Position numbers and translations under genes: made by a program. Below, piece after piece: positions 14,985 to 26,998 of a stretch of 60,000 nt of DNA. The DNA is from Malacoraja senta (lineage: Eukaryota): positions 14,944,001 to 15,004,000 of the forward strand of contig CM075989.1 in the NCBI GenBank assembly GCA_038087875.1, in the 5' to 3' direction. Numbering within the stretch: the first letter of the stretch is position 1; every line of letters starts with the position of its first letter. Under the pieces are notes generated by a model. The model made no database searches, was not told where the DNA came from, and saw only the letters and a list, made by a program, of their open reading frames with translations.

Positions 14985-16074
14985 CTGTTTGGAAATTTAT
15001 ATGCGCGAACCATTAAAATGTGATAATTTAGATGGAAATCAAACTATAATAGCAATTATGAAGTAAATGTTAAACACATTTAGAAACATAGAAAATAAGC
15101 ACAGGAGTAGGCCATTCGGACCTTCAAGCCAGCACCACCATTCAACATGATCATAGCTGATCATCTAAAATGAGTACCCCCGTTCCTGCTTTTCCCCCCA
15201 TATCCCAATTCCTTTAGCCCCAAGAGCTAAATCTAACTCTTGAAAACATCCAGTGAATTGGTCTCCACTGCCTTCTGTGGCAAATAATTCCACAGATTTG
15301 CAACTCACTGGGTGTTTAAAGTGATCAGCATGGAAAATAAAGCATCTTTTAATATTATTGTCTTTTAAATATTGATTCATTGTCACATTTGTTTTTCAAG
15401 AGTCACAATACTTGAGGCAAAAAATTAAAACAAACTGATGGAGGAACTCAGTGGGTCAGGCAGCATCTGTAGAGAGAAATAGCCAGACAACATTTTAGGT
15501 GAGGACTCTTTTCAGACCCGAATCATCTGTCCATTTCCTTCCACAGATGCTGCCTGACCTGCTGTGTTGCACCGTGTTTTTTTTACACAGGATCCCAGCA
15601 ATCTTGTTCTTGTTCGTGATTAGTACGGGTGTCGGAGGTTATGGGGAGAAGGCAGGAGAATGGGGTTGGGAGGGAGAGATAGATCAGCCATGATTGAATG
15701 GCGGAGTTGACTTGATGGGCCAAATGGCCTCATTCTACTCCTATTCCTTATGACCTTAAGACCAATGCAGTCTCTTGTGTCCCACAGTACTCCAAACTAA
15801 TTTAACCATGTGTTATTGGCAGGGAAAGGAACAGAACAAAGAGGGCCCCGGCGTGTGGAGGCACTGAGAATAGAGAGGGACCTGGCATGGAGAAGGAAGA
15901 GGGACCATTGGGACTATACTGAATACTTTTGTAACTTTGTCAGCACCCTATGCATAGCAACTCTCTGCATACTTGTGTATTGTATACAAAACAAAAACAA
16001 TTACTGTACTGAGGAAATGTGACAATAAAGTATCAATCAATCAATCAACAGAAAGACAGGAAATGGAAACTCAC

Positions 16075-16212
16075 CAAAACGACTCCAGGACACGAGGGGC
16101 TTGGGCGAACCAATGGCAACACATTCCAGCATTGCTGTTTGATGTACAGGCACAGTGATATTTTGGGGACCTGCAATTATCACTGGTTTCTGCAATGTCT
16201 TTGGCTCCCATG
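16075..16212 (-). CDS. PRTG: Protogenin coding exon (Ig3; probably exon 5)
   Basis: 138 bp with CAG acceptor and GTGAG donor. Reads AWEPKTLQKPVIIAGPQNITVPVHQTAMLECVAIGSPKPLVSWSRF. Confidence 0.93.
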
Positions 16213-17033
16213 CTGTCAGTGACAAATCAATGATAAATGATCAATGGCAGTCATAGATATTTCCCATAGAATTCCAAACCCCACCCAAGCAAAGTTAGAA
16301 AAAAAACTTGTTAAAATTAAAATAGGCGTGTTAAGGAGATATATATATATATTTTTTAAAACAACCACTAATTCATGAAAATTACAAAGTAGCATCAAGA
16401 TCCCCAGGAAATGGCAAAAGAACCATTGGATCCAATCAAATCAAGTACCATGAGTGATCTTCCATAAAACTTCCTCCTTTTTTCTTTTAATATAATAGAA
16501 CCCCAAATGATTTTTTTTTTAAACTAGTGTTAACAGCAAGTAACATTATCACAATTCAAGTACCAACTTGATCTGGAACAATAAATCGGGTAGCCCCGTT
16601 GGCAATTTGATCATAGCTATGGAAAATTGGTCACTTTAATTGTCTGAAAAAAACTCTTGTGCCGATTCTAAGCGCTATTTCCTTCCAAATCAGAGAGGGA
16701 GCCAATTCCACCTTAAACACAACATTCCACCCATTTCAGTAAAAGCATAATTGTCAATAGTTTTGGAAATTTGACTGAAAACCAATGAAATCTTAAATGT
16801 GTTTGGCATTAGCGGGCTAAGGCTATGCTGATGAGTCCCACTACCATATTCTTAACACATCTATGGTTAAACATAACTTGCACTCATCTATTGAATCACT
16901 GCCTGGCACATAATGCACATGCAGACTTATAGAAAGATGGAACAATTATCTTCAGATATGAAGTTCAACGGGAAATCTAACAGGAACCAATTACTGGAAA
17001 CTATGTTGGAAGAAAGACATCTCAATCATTTAC

Positions 17034-17167
17034 CTGGAATAACAGTTAAAATGGCTTCCGCACTTCTCCGCCTATTTGCGATGTTGGTCGCCACACAACG
17101 ATACAGTCCAGTGTGTTGTTTATCAACACCATAGATCTGAAGGACTCCTGTCGGTAGCACGGTTATC
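17034..17167 (-). CDS. PRTG: Protogenin coding exon (Ig2; probably exon 4), not in the ORF track
   Basis: 134 bp, GT-AG. Reads [45 protein letters not shown]. Confidence 0.94.
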
Positions 17168-17300
17168 CTGAGAAGAGGAATTTAGTCTTCTAAAACAAGT
17201 CACTGAACATGCAGATTTACACGACAACCCAGTACAATGTCATGACAATGGTAATGATTCAGGCTACTGAGCAAAATTTCATTTTATTAACAATAGAAAT

Positions 17301-17603
17301 GGCAGAATGGTGGCGCAGCGGTAGAGATGCTGCCTTACAGCGCTTGTAGCGGCAGAGACCCGGGTTTGAACCAGACTATGGGTGCTGTCTGTACGGAGTT
17401 CGTACGTTCTCTCCGTGACCACGTGGGTTTTCTACGAGAATCTTCGGTTTCGTCCCACACTCCAAAGACGTACAGGTTTGCAGGTTGATTGGCTTGGTAT
17501 AAGTGTAAATTGTCCCTAGTGTGTATAAGGATAGTGTTAATGTGCGGGGGTTGCAGGTCGGAACGGACACGGTGGGCCGAAGGGCCTGTATCACTAAACT
17601 AAA
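17301..17603 (+). mobile_element. tRNA-derived V-SINE (HE1-like)
   Basis: A box GGTGGCGCAGCGG, B box GGTTTGAACC, V-domain GTCTGTACGGAGTT...CCCACACTCCAAAGAC and a (CTAAA)n tail. Confidence 0.85.
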
Positions 17604-18194
17604 CAAAAAAACTAAATTGAAATAGAAACAAAAGCAAAATTGCGCAGAAGGAAAGTAATTATTATAATTATTATATTCAAATAGTAATAATTATTATATT
17701 CAAATTATGTTACTCCAGTCTAATTGTTCAAAAATTCTGTTGGTTTGTCATTTGGTTCCTTCATTTTTCTAGACAGCAACTCAGGGTCCCGAGTGCAAGC
17801 AGAGACGGGTGGACAAACAGACCACATGGCAAAGCTGGGGTTGGGGTCCAGCACACCAGGGGGTCAGACACATGGGCAGGATTACAGCTCGAGCCCAGGG
17901 ACTAAAGTGTTTGTTTATTTTAACAAGCAAAAATTTACAACCTGTTACTCACTAAAAGTTCATTAAAATGTTTTTACAAATACCACTGTGCAACGTGCAA
18001 AAGAGTGAAATTAAAACACATTGGTGTGTTAGGAGAATTAACATCCAATTGGCCAGATAATCTGTCAGCCCTGCACCCACAGTCCAGAGAACGCCAGTTA
18101 ATTTGAGTTTTACTGTACACTACAGTAGCTTTAATTATGCAGATTTTGCTTTTCACAATTTAATGGAAAATTGCAGATTTCCCACAAATAATAC

Positions 18195-18339
18195 CTGTCG
18201 GTAGCGATAGGTAGTGTTGTCCGGTTGAATTCCCAGGTTATGATTGGTGGTGGATTTGCATGAATCTTACAGATAAACCGTGCCACTTCTCCTTCCCTCA
18301 CGACTGTGGGCACTGGCTGAACCTCAAACGGAGACATGC
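18195..18339 (-). CDS. PRTG: Protogenin coding exon (Ig2; probably exon 3), the most 5' exon found
   Basis: 145 bp with CAG acceptor and GT donor. Reads [48 protein letters not shown]. It starts in phase 1, so an upstream coding exon is required. Confidence 0.93.
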
Positions 18340-20262
18340 CTGAAACAAAAGCAACATCCCGTTTACAAACTCAGGCACAACAACAAATGAAACCTCTGAG
18401 AAAACTAAAATCTCTGCATTTGAAGGAAGATGCAAAAAAGATTTCCTAATACACCCCCCCACCCCCCCAGATCATAATACAATGAGAACCAAAAAGGTTG
18501 ATTTTTGAAATGATTCAGTTGGATTACAAAGTTTATACGAATACATCTCACAAATTATTTTTCACGTAAAGTTCAAAATCACTCCCCTCCAACTCTGAAG
18601 CAATGTTTACAGCTGGTTACAGTATCCGAGCATTCACAAAACTGTTCGCACACAAAAGGTTAATCAAAACAGGTGTTTAAGTGAATGATTTTAAAAAGAG
18701 TGGATCTGGGAAACATTTCTCAAGCAGTTTAAGGACTAAGAATTCCCTTTTCTAATCCTACCTGCAGTACTCAAGGATTTGCTTTCAACACAATCACTTG
18801 TCCAATAATGTTGATATTATATCTGTTTATATTATATATTAATTAATAATTCACTTAAAATTAAATTTCAGGGCCTTTTTAAAAACACAAGATTATGCAT
18901 TAATATACAACCTCTGAATGAAACCCATCCATACTTCCGAGCCACTACCCCCCCCACCCCCACTCCGACTAAATTTCCATCCCGTGAGATTTCTATAACA
19001 GTCAAAAAGAGATCTAAAACTTATTTGAAACCAAGATGACTAATGTTCCTCCAACTTTCTTCTACCACTGCAAACTGCATACAGACATGAGCATTTAGTA
19101 GACATTATCTCTACAAACAGGCTTCATAGTCCACCACTGTAAAACTGAACGCATGCAAAATATCTTGACAGATATGTTTGCTGTGAAATCTAAATGTCCT
19201 TTAGTAGCTTGCTCATTTAGTTGACATGATGGACTGCACTAATGTGAGACTGACTTATCCATTACAAGTGGTTACCATCTCACAGATGTTTTTGCCAGCA
19301 GCAATTGAAAGGATCCTGGTGAGGGGAGTCATTTCTCACACTCCAGGACCTGAAAGGAACTCCAAACTCTTTCAGGATTGCAGAGTTACAAATGACAAAA
19401 CTTCCCTCAGGATAAATGATCTTTCTGAGCCTTACCACACAACCCACACAAGTGTGTTACTAACCCCAACAACATTAGGGCTCATAAACATTTCACACCT
19501 CTGCAGAATTTGTAACTCATCAATATGTACAGAGGAATTAATTCTAAGTTTCTGCATAAAGAGAGACACGTTTTATAGATCAATACAAACTCTTAAGGAT
19601 TAAAGAAACTCAAAATCTAATCAATGTGTAAAAAGTACAGATTGCGACCAGTTAATAATCAACCCACCCGTAGGGGGTGCAATAAATGTCAGAAATCAAT
19701 CATCCGTCTTGGTGAAAAGATGCACACAATTTACCAGGGAAAGAAAATAACAATCATTCCTGAATCAGCACTGCCAAAAAATAAATCAGTTTCAACAGAA
19801 ATACGGTTACAGCATCTTGCAAGGCAGCTTACTCAAGAGCCCAGAGAGTTTGTACTACAAGTATCCACACTAATAAAAGTGAGAAAGATCCTTAGTACGT
19901 GGGAAATTTATGAGGGGAGCAATTACTGGTCAATATAATTGAACTCAATACGCATGGGTCAAGACAGAAAAAGTTGGGCCAGGATTCCTATTCCCAGCCT
20001 CCATGCAGTGACCATGCTGGATGCATATCTACACAACAAACGCTGAAACAGAAATAACTAGGATGCTTCAAAGGCTGAACAGTTTATTGACATTCACTAT
20101 GAAAACACACACATGAACAATTGCCTCTTTCGTGGAGGTGCTCGAGGGTGAAATGTTTCTGAGAATCTTTTACCCCAAATACAAAATGTCCATTATAAGG
20201 ATGAAGCATTGACAAAACAACTTCATGACATAACATCTAAACAGTATCAATCAAATGCAACA

Positions 20263-21150
20263 CCTGTCCATTTACCTCCCCCCTCGACTCCATCCAAGGA
20301 CCCCGACAGTCTTTCCAGGTGAGGCAGGGGTTCACTCGCACCTCTTCCAACCTCATCTACTATATCCGATGTTCCAGGTGTCAACTCCTGTACATCGGCG
20401 AGACCAGGCGCAGGATCGGCGATCGTTTTGCTGAACACCTCTGCTCAGTCCGCCAACCTACCTGATCTCCCGGTTGCTCAGCACTTTAATTCTTCCCCTC
20501 CTTCTCTCCCTGCTTTCCCTCTCTCCCCATCCCCTCCCCCTTCACAGTTCTCCCACCAGTCTTAAGGGCCTGTCCCACGGGCATGCGATTCCATGCGGCA
20601 AGCGCGACCTAACCGCAAGCAGGGGCCGCGCGGAGGTCGAGTGATCCCTGTACAGGGCCGGTCCCACCAGCATGCGGCAAGCGCTACCAAATCGGAAGCA
20701 GGGGCCGCGCGGAGGTCGAGTGATGTCAAGACGGTGTGCACGGCCACGATGCGGCGCGCACGGCCTCGATGCGGCTGCGGGGCGGCAGGCCGTTGCCGCA
20801 TGGAATTTTTGAACAGTGTCAGTTTTTCGGAGCCCCGCGCGATATCGGGACCAGCTCCGCACAACTCCATACGGCTCCGGCGATCGAAGTGGGACCGGCC
20901 CCGCGACCTCCGCGCGACCCCCGCTTGTGGTTAGGTCGCGCTTGCCGCATGGGGTCGCATGCCCGTGGGACAGGCCCTTTACTGTCTCCGACTACATTAT
21001 ATTTCTGCCCCGCCCACTCCCGACATCAGTCTGAAGGGTCTCGACCCGAAACGGCACCCATTCCTTCTCTCCAAAGATGCTTCCTGTCCCATTGAGTTAC
21101 TCCAGCATTTTGTGTCTACCTTTGATTTAAACCAGCATCTGCAGTTCTTT
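20263..21150 (+). mobile_element. Penelope-like element 3' fragment (GIY-YIG endonuclease), interrupted by the MITE at 20565-20978
   Basis: Reads SIQGPRQSFQVRQGFTRTSSNLIYYIRCSRCQLLYIGETRRRIGDRFAEHL. The 3' module is shared with many short repeats in the window. Confidence 0.85.
20565..20978. mobile_element. PIF/Harbinger-type MITE (414 bp, CpG-rich)
   Basis: TIRs of ~75 bp starting AGGGCCTGTCCCACGGGCATGCG. TTA TSD at 20562-64 and 20979-81. Removing it restores the host repeat sequence cagtcttactg (compare 48701). Confidence 0.9.
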
Positions 21151-22157
21151 CCTATCAATCAATTCAAAATACATCTTAGTAGTCATAGTTGGGTTCAGCA
21201 AAATGACAAGAAAGCTCAGTGCAAGATGAATATGTCAGAAATATATTCGCCAATTCAAAGTTAAACTTGAGGGAATCAAAGTTTGAAAACCAAATCTGTC
21301 ATTTTTAAAAAAATATGTTTACTTTAACAGAAAATTTATGGAGGAAACTTAATGGCTTTTCACAGTTTTAGGGTTGCTAATGCACCCGATTTTACTTTGA
21401 ATGTAAAATGCAGTTTGCTTTTGTCTTAGCACAATGCCACTGAAGCACTATTGCTTAAACAGTCTCTTGTCAGATTCCCTTATATATCACAATTAGCTTC
21501 CTGTGAGATGAAAGCCAAGAACTAGCCAATACTAATCAGATTTACAATCAGTTAAGGTTGTCCATATGTAGCAGCATTTTACACTGCCACTGTGAAAGGA
21601 CCGTGCGTAGATTCATCTATCCATTACAGGGTTTGCTCACATGCTCCAGAACAGCAGCTGTTGGACGAGATGTACGGCACAGAAATCAATACAAGATTTC
21701 AATGAGGAATGAGATACTTCTTTCTACTTTCACAACAAACACTCTGAATTAGGACATTAACAGATGACTATTACAGTGGGTAATTGGAGCAGGTCAAGCC
21801 AAAGCTATTCTGCATTTACAAAGAAAAAAAGTCCCAATTTGACCAACATGAAGTATACAAAGCATAACAGTACTTTGCAATATGCATACAAATTACATAC
21901 AATACTTCCTCATCCTCAATTTAAACAAATTTAGCATTAATCTATGAAATGGACCATGGAACGCAAAAACGAAATTGCTTTTTGTCAGACTGCAGGAAAA
22001 GTAAAAAGGAATGCAAGAAATTTTTGTCATCATGAAGACTTCACTACATATTTGGTTGTATCCTTCTGGATTGTATTCAGTTACTCCTTATTACTGAGTT
22101 TTAGCCAGAAATATTCGTTCAAGTCTCTGAAATGGGTCTTGACCGATTCAAAGGTAA

Positions 22158-22705
22158 AGGGGCTGTCCCACTGCGGCGACCTAATCCGCGAGTTCTGGCG
22201 ACTTTGCCCTCGACTCATACTCGCAGCATGGTTGACACGAGGTCCTAGGAGGTCTTTGTAACTGTCCTTCATGCTCGAGACTAGTCCCCGTGTACTCGAG
22301 GCCTCAACTAGGTTGCGGCGTATTTTTCAACATGTTGGGTTCAGCAAAATAACATGTTGAAAAATGCCCGCGAGTATAAAAAAGGTTGCCATGGGGGAAA
22401 AAAATACTTTTTTTACTCGTAGGTTCAGTCAAAGTAGGTCGTGGTAGGTCGGCATGTTATTCGTAGGTAATCAAGGGTAGTCGAAGGTAATCAAAGGTAG
22501 TCGTAGATAGTCTTCAACATAGTCGAAGGGAGGAAGTCTTCACTCTCCACTATTTTCACTCTCCAATTTTCCCGAAGCTAGTCGAAGCTAGTCTTCAACA
22601 TAGTTGAAGGACGTCTTCTACATAGTCGAAGGAGGTCTTCAACATGACATTTTTTTCAAACTCTTCTAAACTCGCCAATTAGGTTGCCGCAGTGGAATAG
22701 CCCCT
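22158..22705. mobile_element. PIF/Harbinger-type MITE (548 bp)
   Basis: TIR AGGGGCTGTCCCACTGCGGCGACCTAAT with an imperfect inverted copy at the right end. TAA TSD at 22155-57 and 22706-08. Internal GTCTTCAACATAGTCGAAGG repeats. Confidence 0.9.
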
Positions 22706-25108
22706 TAAGAATGGCGTGAGAGGCAAACTAACAATGAGCTGATTATTAAAAGGTCCAGGACAGTTTGACACAGGCATCAACAGCAAGGTAATATGCCAGG
22801 CACCCCACCATCATCATTGGCTTAAAACTAAATAACAGATATGAGCCCTAATCAGTCACCAAATGAAACAATTTGATTTGGTAAACATTTGCCACAAAAA
22901 CTCCCTGTGTTTCTGGAGTTGCCATCTTCGGGCTAGGACAGATACAGAATTCAAAATCCTCTGATGACAATTTAGAGCCAAGACATTGTTAGTAGATCTA
23001 CCAGGAGTTTGGCTTTTAGAAAAGCAGTCCCCAGCTATCAGAAACCTTTGAGACTTCTATACAAGCTGAATCACTGCCAGGCAGATGAGGGCAGTAGGAT
23101 GCATGCGTGAGCTATTCGGCCCTTCAGTCCTGTTCCACCAGTCAACAGCAAGCAAATAATTTAGTATAGATTTTTCTGTTCTAAAACAAGCTTCCCTTTT
23201 TGGATGCAGCAGTTGAGAGAAAAATGAGAAATAAACAACCTTTAAGATGGCAAGTTGCATCACAATGGCTGGTAGAAGATTTACATTTGGACATACATTT
23301 TACATCTTAGGATGCAAATGTAAACAATAAAATATCACAGAAAATAATTGAAGCTTATTTAATGTATGAGGCACAGCAAGAAAAGTGTAATGGAAAAAAT
23401 TGTTTTCTTCAGGAGTTAAAAAAACACGCAGAGCACAGTATTCAGAGTGTGTGGTTTGGTTCACATCTCCTGGCTTTGTTGATAATCAGACCCCTTTAAG
23501 AGACACGTACATGGTGCTCTGGAACAGATGGCGATGGAGCAGCAAAGATAGGGGGCAACAGATCTGGAGGAAAAACAATTAGTTTTCTGGCAGAAAGGTC
23601 AAGACATTGGGATTGGAGAAGTATGATGAAACATGTAATAAGGTGTTTGTCCTGAGCGCTGATTCCGAAATTCAGTTCCACTGATTTCAACAGAAGCAAA
23701 ACTTGATAAGTGGGGTTATGTTTTCTAAGTGAGCCTATGCTTACTACACTATGCCACGCATTTATGAATGGGAAATTATTTCTACCACACGGTATGTTCG
23801 ATTGACTAATATAAAATGACCTTGCTTAAAAAGATATCCCCAATTCTATATTTAGTAATAAAATATGATTCTATAGAACATTATATAATGTATGCGATCC
23901 TGACACTCCCATTGAAATCGGGGTGATAAGCACAGCAGGTAGGAAGGAGCAATGCATCTTTATTGCTTATTGGGAAGACACTACCCAATCAATCCGGCCC
24001 CCATCCTGCTCACTCACCACAGTCCTCTTAATTTCCCCCTTCAACTAGTTGTAGCGATTTCATTTTTAATGTTACTATTCAATTTCTTTCCACTATCCTA
24101 TCAGGCAGCACATTCATTATAAGAGAACAATGGTTTTATCCCACATAACTTGTACAACTTCAAGATCTTTTGCCAATTACCTTAACTCTATGCCTTCTCT
24201 GAACAACAGCTGAAATCATACAATAAATTTCCATCCACAAAACAATGAAAACAAATCTTAAGTTAAGATCTAATTTTTTCTAACTGTGCAATTTTACTCC
24301 ATCAAGAAAACCCATGGCCAATGTTATTCAATGATATTGTTTAGGAGCATTTAAAAGTGGATATGTAACGTAATAATATTCATGTTAAATTCAGTGAGAG
24401 CATCCAGTTTCATCTTCAAGGTTGAAACTGCAATATGATTTCAGTCTGTCAGACTTCTCAGTTCTCATCAAACTGTTACATTGTTACACCAGCTGCAAAA
24501 CTGACAATGGGAACCATTTCATTATAAAAAACTACTTTTAAGATGTACTTGAGCCCCTTTGATTTTACCATAATTAATAAATATCCAACTAGTGCCACAA
24601 GAGATTAGAAAGGGGAAATGAAAGACCCAGGGCAATGTTTACAACGATAAATTAATCTTTTGCACCTCCCATTGCCATGAATTGAATACATTTGCATACA
24701 ATTCAGTGCATCTACTGCAGTTTAAAACAAATTCTCAAAATGTGCGATAAAGCAGGTGGCAGTTTGGGAATCAGAATTTTGCGCTATTCATCTAGTGAAA
24801 CGTTTAGGAGTCCAAAAATGGGGCAGTTTCTGATTATGGTTCTTTCATGTAATGCAATTGTAGTTTTTAATCCATATTAATTGGATCAATTACAGGAAAC
24901 TATTCATGAGGTTTGATTTAATTTTCTGTCAATACACTGTCATATGATACAATATCAAAAACAATAGGGAAATACAGGCCATGTTTTGGATTGGGACCCT
25001 TCATCAGACTGGGGGAAAAGTTGGTAAAGAGGTGAGGGTAACTGGCAGATGAGTGGAATAGAGTAAGTGACAAAAGGCTACAGGCGAAAAGGAGACAAAG
25101 GGGTGTCA

Positions 25109-25308
25109 NNNNNNNNNNNNNNNNNNNNNNNNNNNNNNNNNNNNNNNNNNNNNNNNNNNNNNNNNNNNNNNNNNNNNNNNNNNNNNNNNNNNNNNNNNNN
25201 NNNNNNNNNNNNNNNNNNNNNNNNNNNNNNNNNNNNNNNNNNNNNNNNNNNNNNNNNNNNNNNNNNNNNNNNNNNNNNNNNNNNNNNNNNNNNNNNNNNN
25301 NNNNNNNN
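25109..25308. other. Assembly gap (200 N)
   Basis: Run of N flanked by a Penelope-type fragment and a polypurine tract. True size unknown. Confidence 0.99.
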
Positions 25309-25962
25309 AGAGAGAGAGGAAGAGAGAGAGGAGGGGGAGAGTAAGAGAGGGGAATGAGGGGGGGAGAGAGAGGGTGGAGAGAGAGGGGGAGAGGGGGGAG
25401 AGAGAGGGGGGGAGAGAGAGGGGGGGAGAGAGAGGGGGGAGAGAGAGGGGGAGATGAGGGAGAGGGGGAGAGGGAGGGGAGAAGGGGGAAGAGAGTAGAG
25501 GGGAGAGAGGAGGTGGGAAGAGAGGTGGGAGAGATGAGGGGAGAGAGATGAGGGGGAGTGGGGAGAGAGGGGGAAGGGAGGGAGGGAGGGAGAGGTGGAG
25601 GAGGAGTTGAGGGGAGAGGGGGGTTGGAGGGAGGAGAGGGGGTTGGAGAGGGAGAGTGGGGGGAGGTGAGTTCCTCCATTCATCTGACTCTTGTGTTCCA
25701 CATGCGTTTTGGGTGCAGGTTGCTGCATCACACACACACTAACAACAACCCCCCCCCCACCCACACACACAAAACATCCCCCCCAGCACACACACTAACC
25801 AACCCCCCCACACACACACTAACCACCCCCACCCCCCCCACACACACACACACACTAACCACCACCCCCCACCCCCCCCACACACACACACACAAAACAT
25901 CCCCCCAACACACACACTACCCACCCCCACCCCCCAAACACACACACACTAACCACCCCCCT
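25309..25962. repeat. Polypurine (G/A) tract followed by a (CACACACACTAACCACCCCCC)-like minisatellite
   Basis: Directly visible. It accounts for the low-complexity ORFs here. Confidence 0.92.
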
Positions 25963-26255
25963 TGATATGATATTAATATTATTAATTGGCCAACTATCTT
26001 AATTTTGTAGCTCTTGTTCATTTTCTGGCTCTCTAACTACTTCCATTAACTCATGAACTGTATGAGAGCCACAGCCTTCCCATGCCAGAGATCCAGGTTC
26101 ACTCCTGACTTTAAGTGCTTTCTGCGTGCAGTTTGCCCATTAGAGTAATACAGTGTGGAAACAGGCCCTTTGACCCAACGTGCCCACATGGGCCAACAAT
26201 GTCCCAGCTACCTTAGTCCCACTTGCCTGCGCTTGGACTATAACCCGCAAACCTC

Positions 26256-26818
26256 GAGACGCTGCGTACGCCCTCAATGGGGCTGTGGGCCGACAGGCCG
26301 TTGACGCGCTGGCTCTGTGACACTTGCTGAAGGCAAAGATGGGTTGTTCCGCCGCTGCTTTTCGGCGTCTTCGGAAAAGAGGACGGTGAAAAGCAGAGGG
26401 GGAAGAGCCGATGTTTGGCTTGAGCCAGCGTGAGAGAGCCGGCCTCGGGGGGGGAGGGGGGGATAGTGGAGGAGAGCCGGGTGGCAGCAGTAAATATCGC
26501 CAGGGAAGAAATAAAAATGTCGGCGTTTTTGGAGCAGAGCCGGGCAGCAGCAGCCGTTATGGTGGCTGGCCAGCAGGAGTCGACAAAATGAGTGAGGGGG
26601 GGGGGGGGATAGATTTTATTTAAAATGTGTACATAAAAATGTCTAAATCTAATAAAGAGTGTGTTAGGGTATGTAAAAGTGTAATGTCTAGCGAAATGGA
26701 AAAAATCTCGGAGTTTTCGCGTGTGGTTTTGGCGGAGCAAGGAATCAAAGGCCAAATCTGACACCCACAAACACACACACACACACACACACACAGAGTT
26801 TTAATAGCATATAGTAGA
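26256..26818 (-). mobile_element. Non-autonomous Helitron-like element, 3' terminus not seen
   Basis: Minus-strand start A|TCTACTATATGCTATTAAAACTC followed by (TG)n, with (ATCT)n abutting. CpG-rich body. No CTAG terminus found. Confidence 0.5.
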
Positions 26819-26851
26819 TAAAGATAGATAGATAGATATCCACATATACAT

Positions 26852-26885
<34 letters not shown>

Positions 26886-26926
26886 GTGTGTGTGTGTGTG
26901 TGTATGTGGGTGTGTGTGTGTGTGTG

Positions 26927-26965
<39 letters not shown>

Positions 26966-26998
26966 GATCTGTGTATGTGAGTATGTGCATATATATAC
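26819..26998. repeat. Compound (GATA)/(CA)/(TA)/(TG) microsatellite
   Basis: Directly visible. Confidence 0.95.

Noticed and set aside
17654..17706. AT-rich direct repeat
   Set aside because: It is a simple local tandem duplication.
20542..21095. GC-rich overlapping ORFs as a possible PRTG CpG-island promoter or exon 1
   Set aside because: The region is bounded by TIRs and a TTA TSD, so it is a MITE, and it encodes no signal peptide.
22490..22645. CRISPR-like short repeats GTCTTCAACATAGTCGAAGG
   Set aside because: They are irregular internal repeats of a MITE in eukaryotic DNA, with no regular spacers or cas genes.
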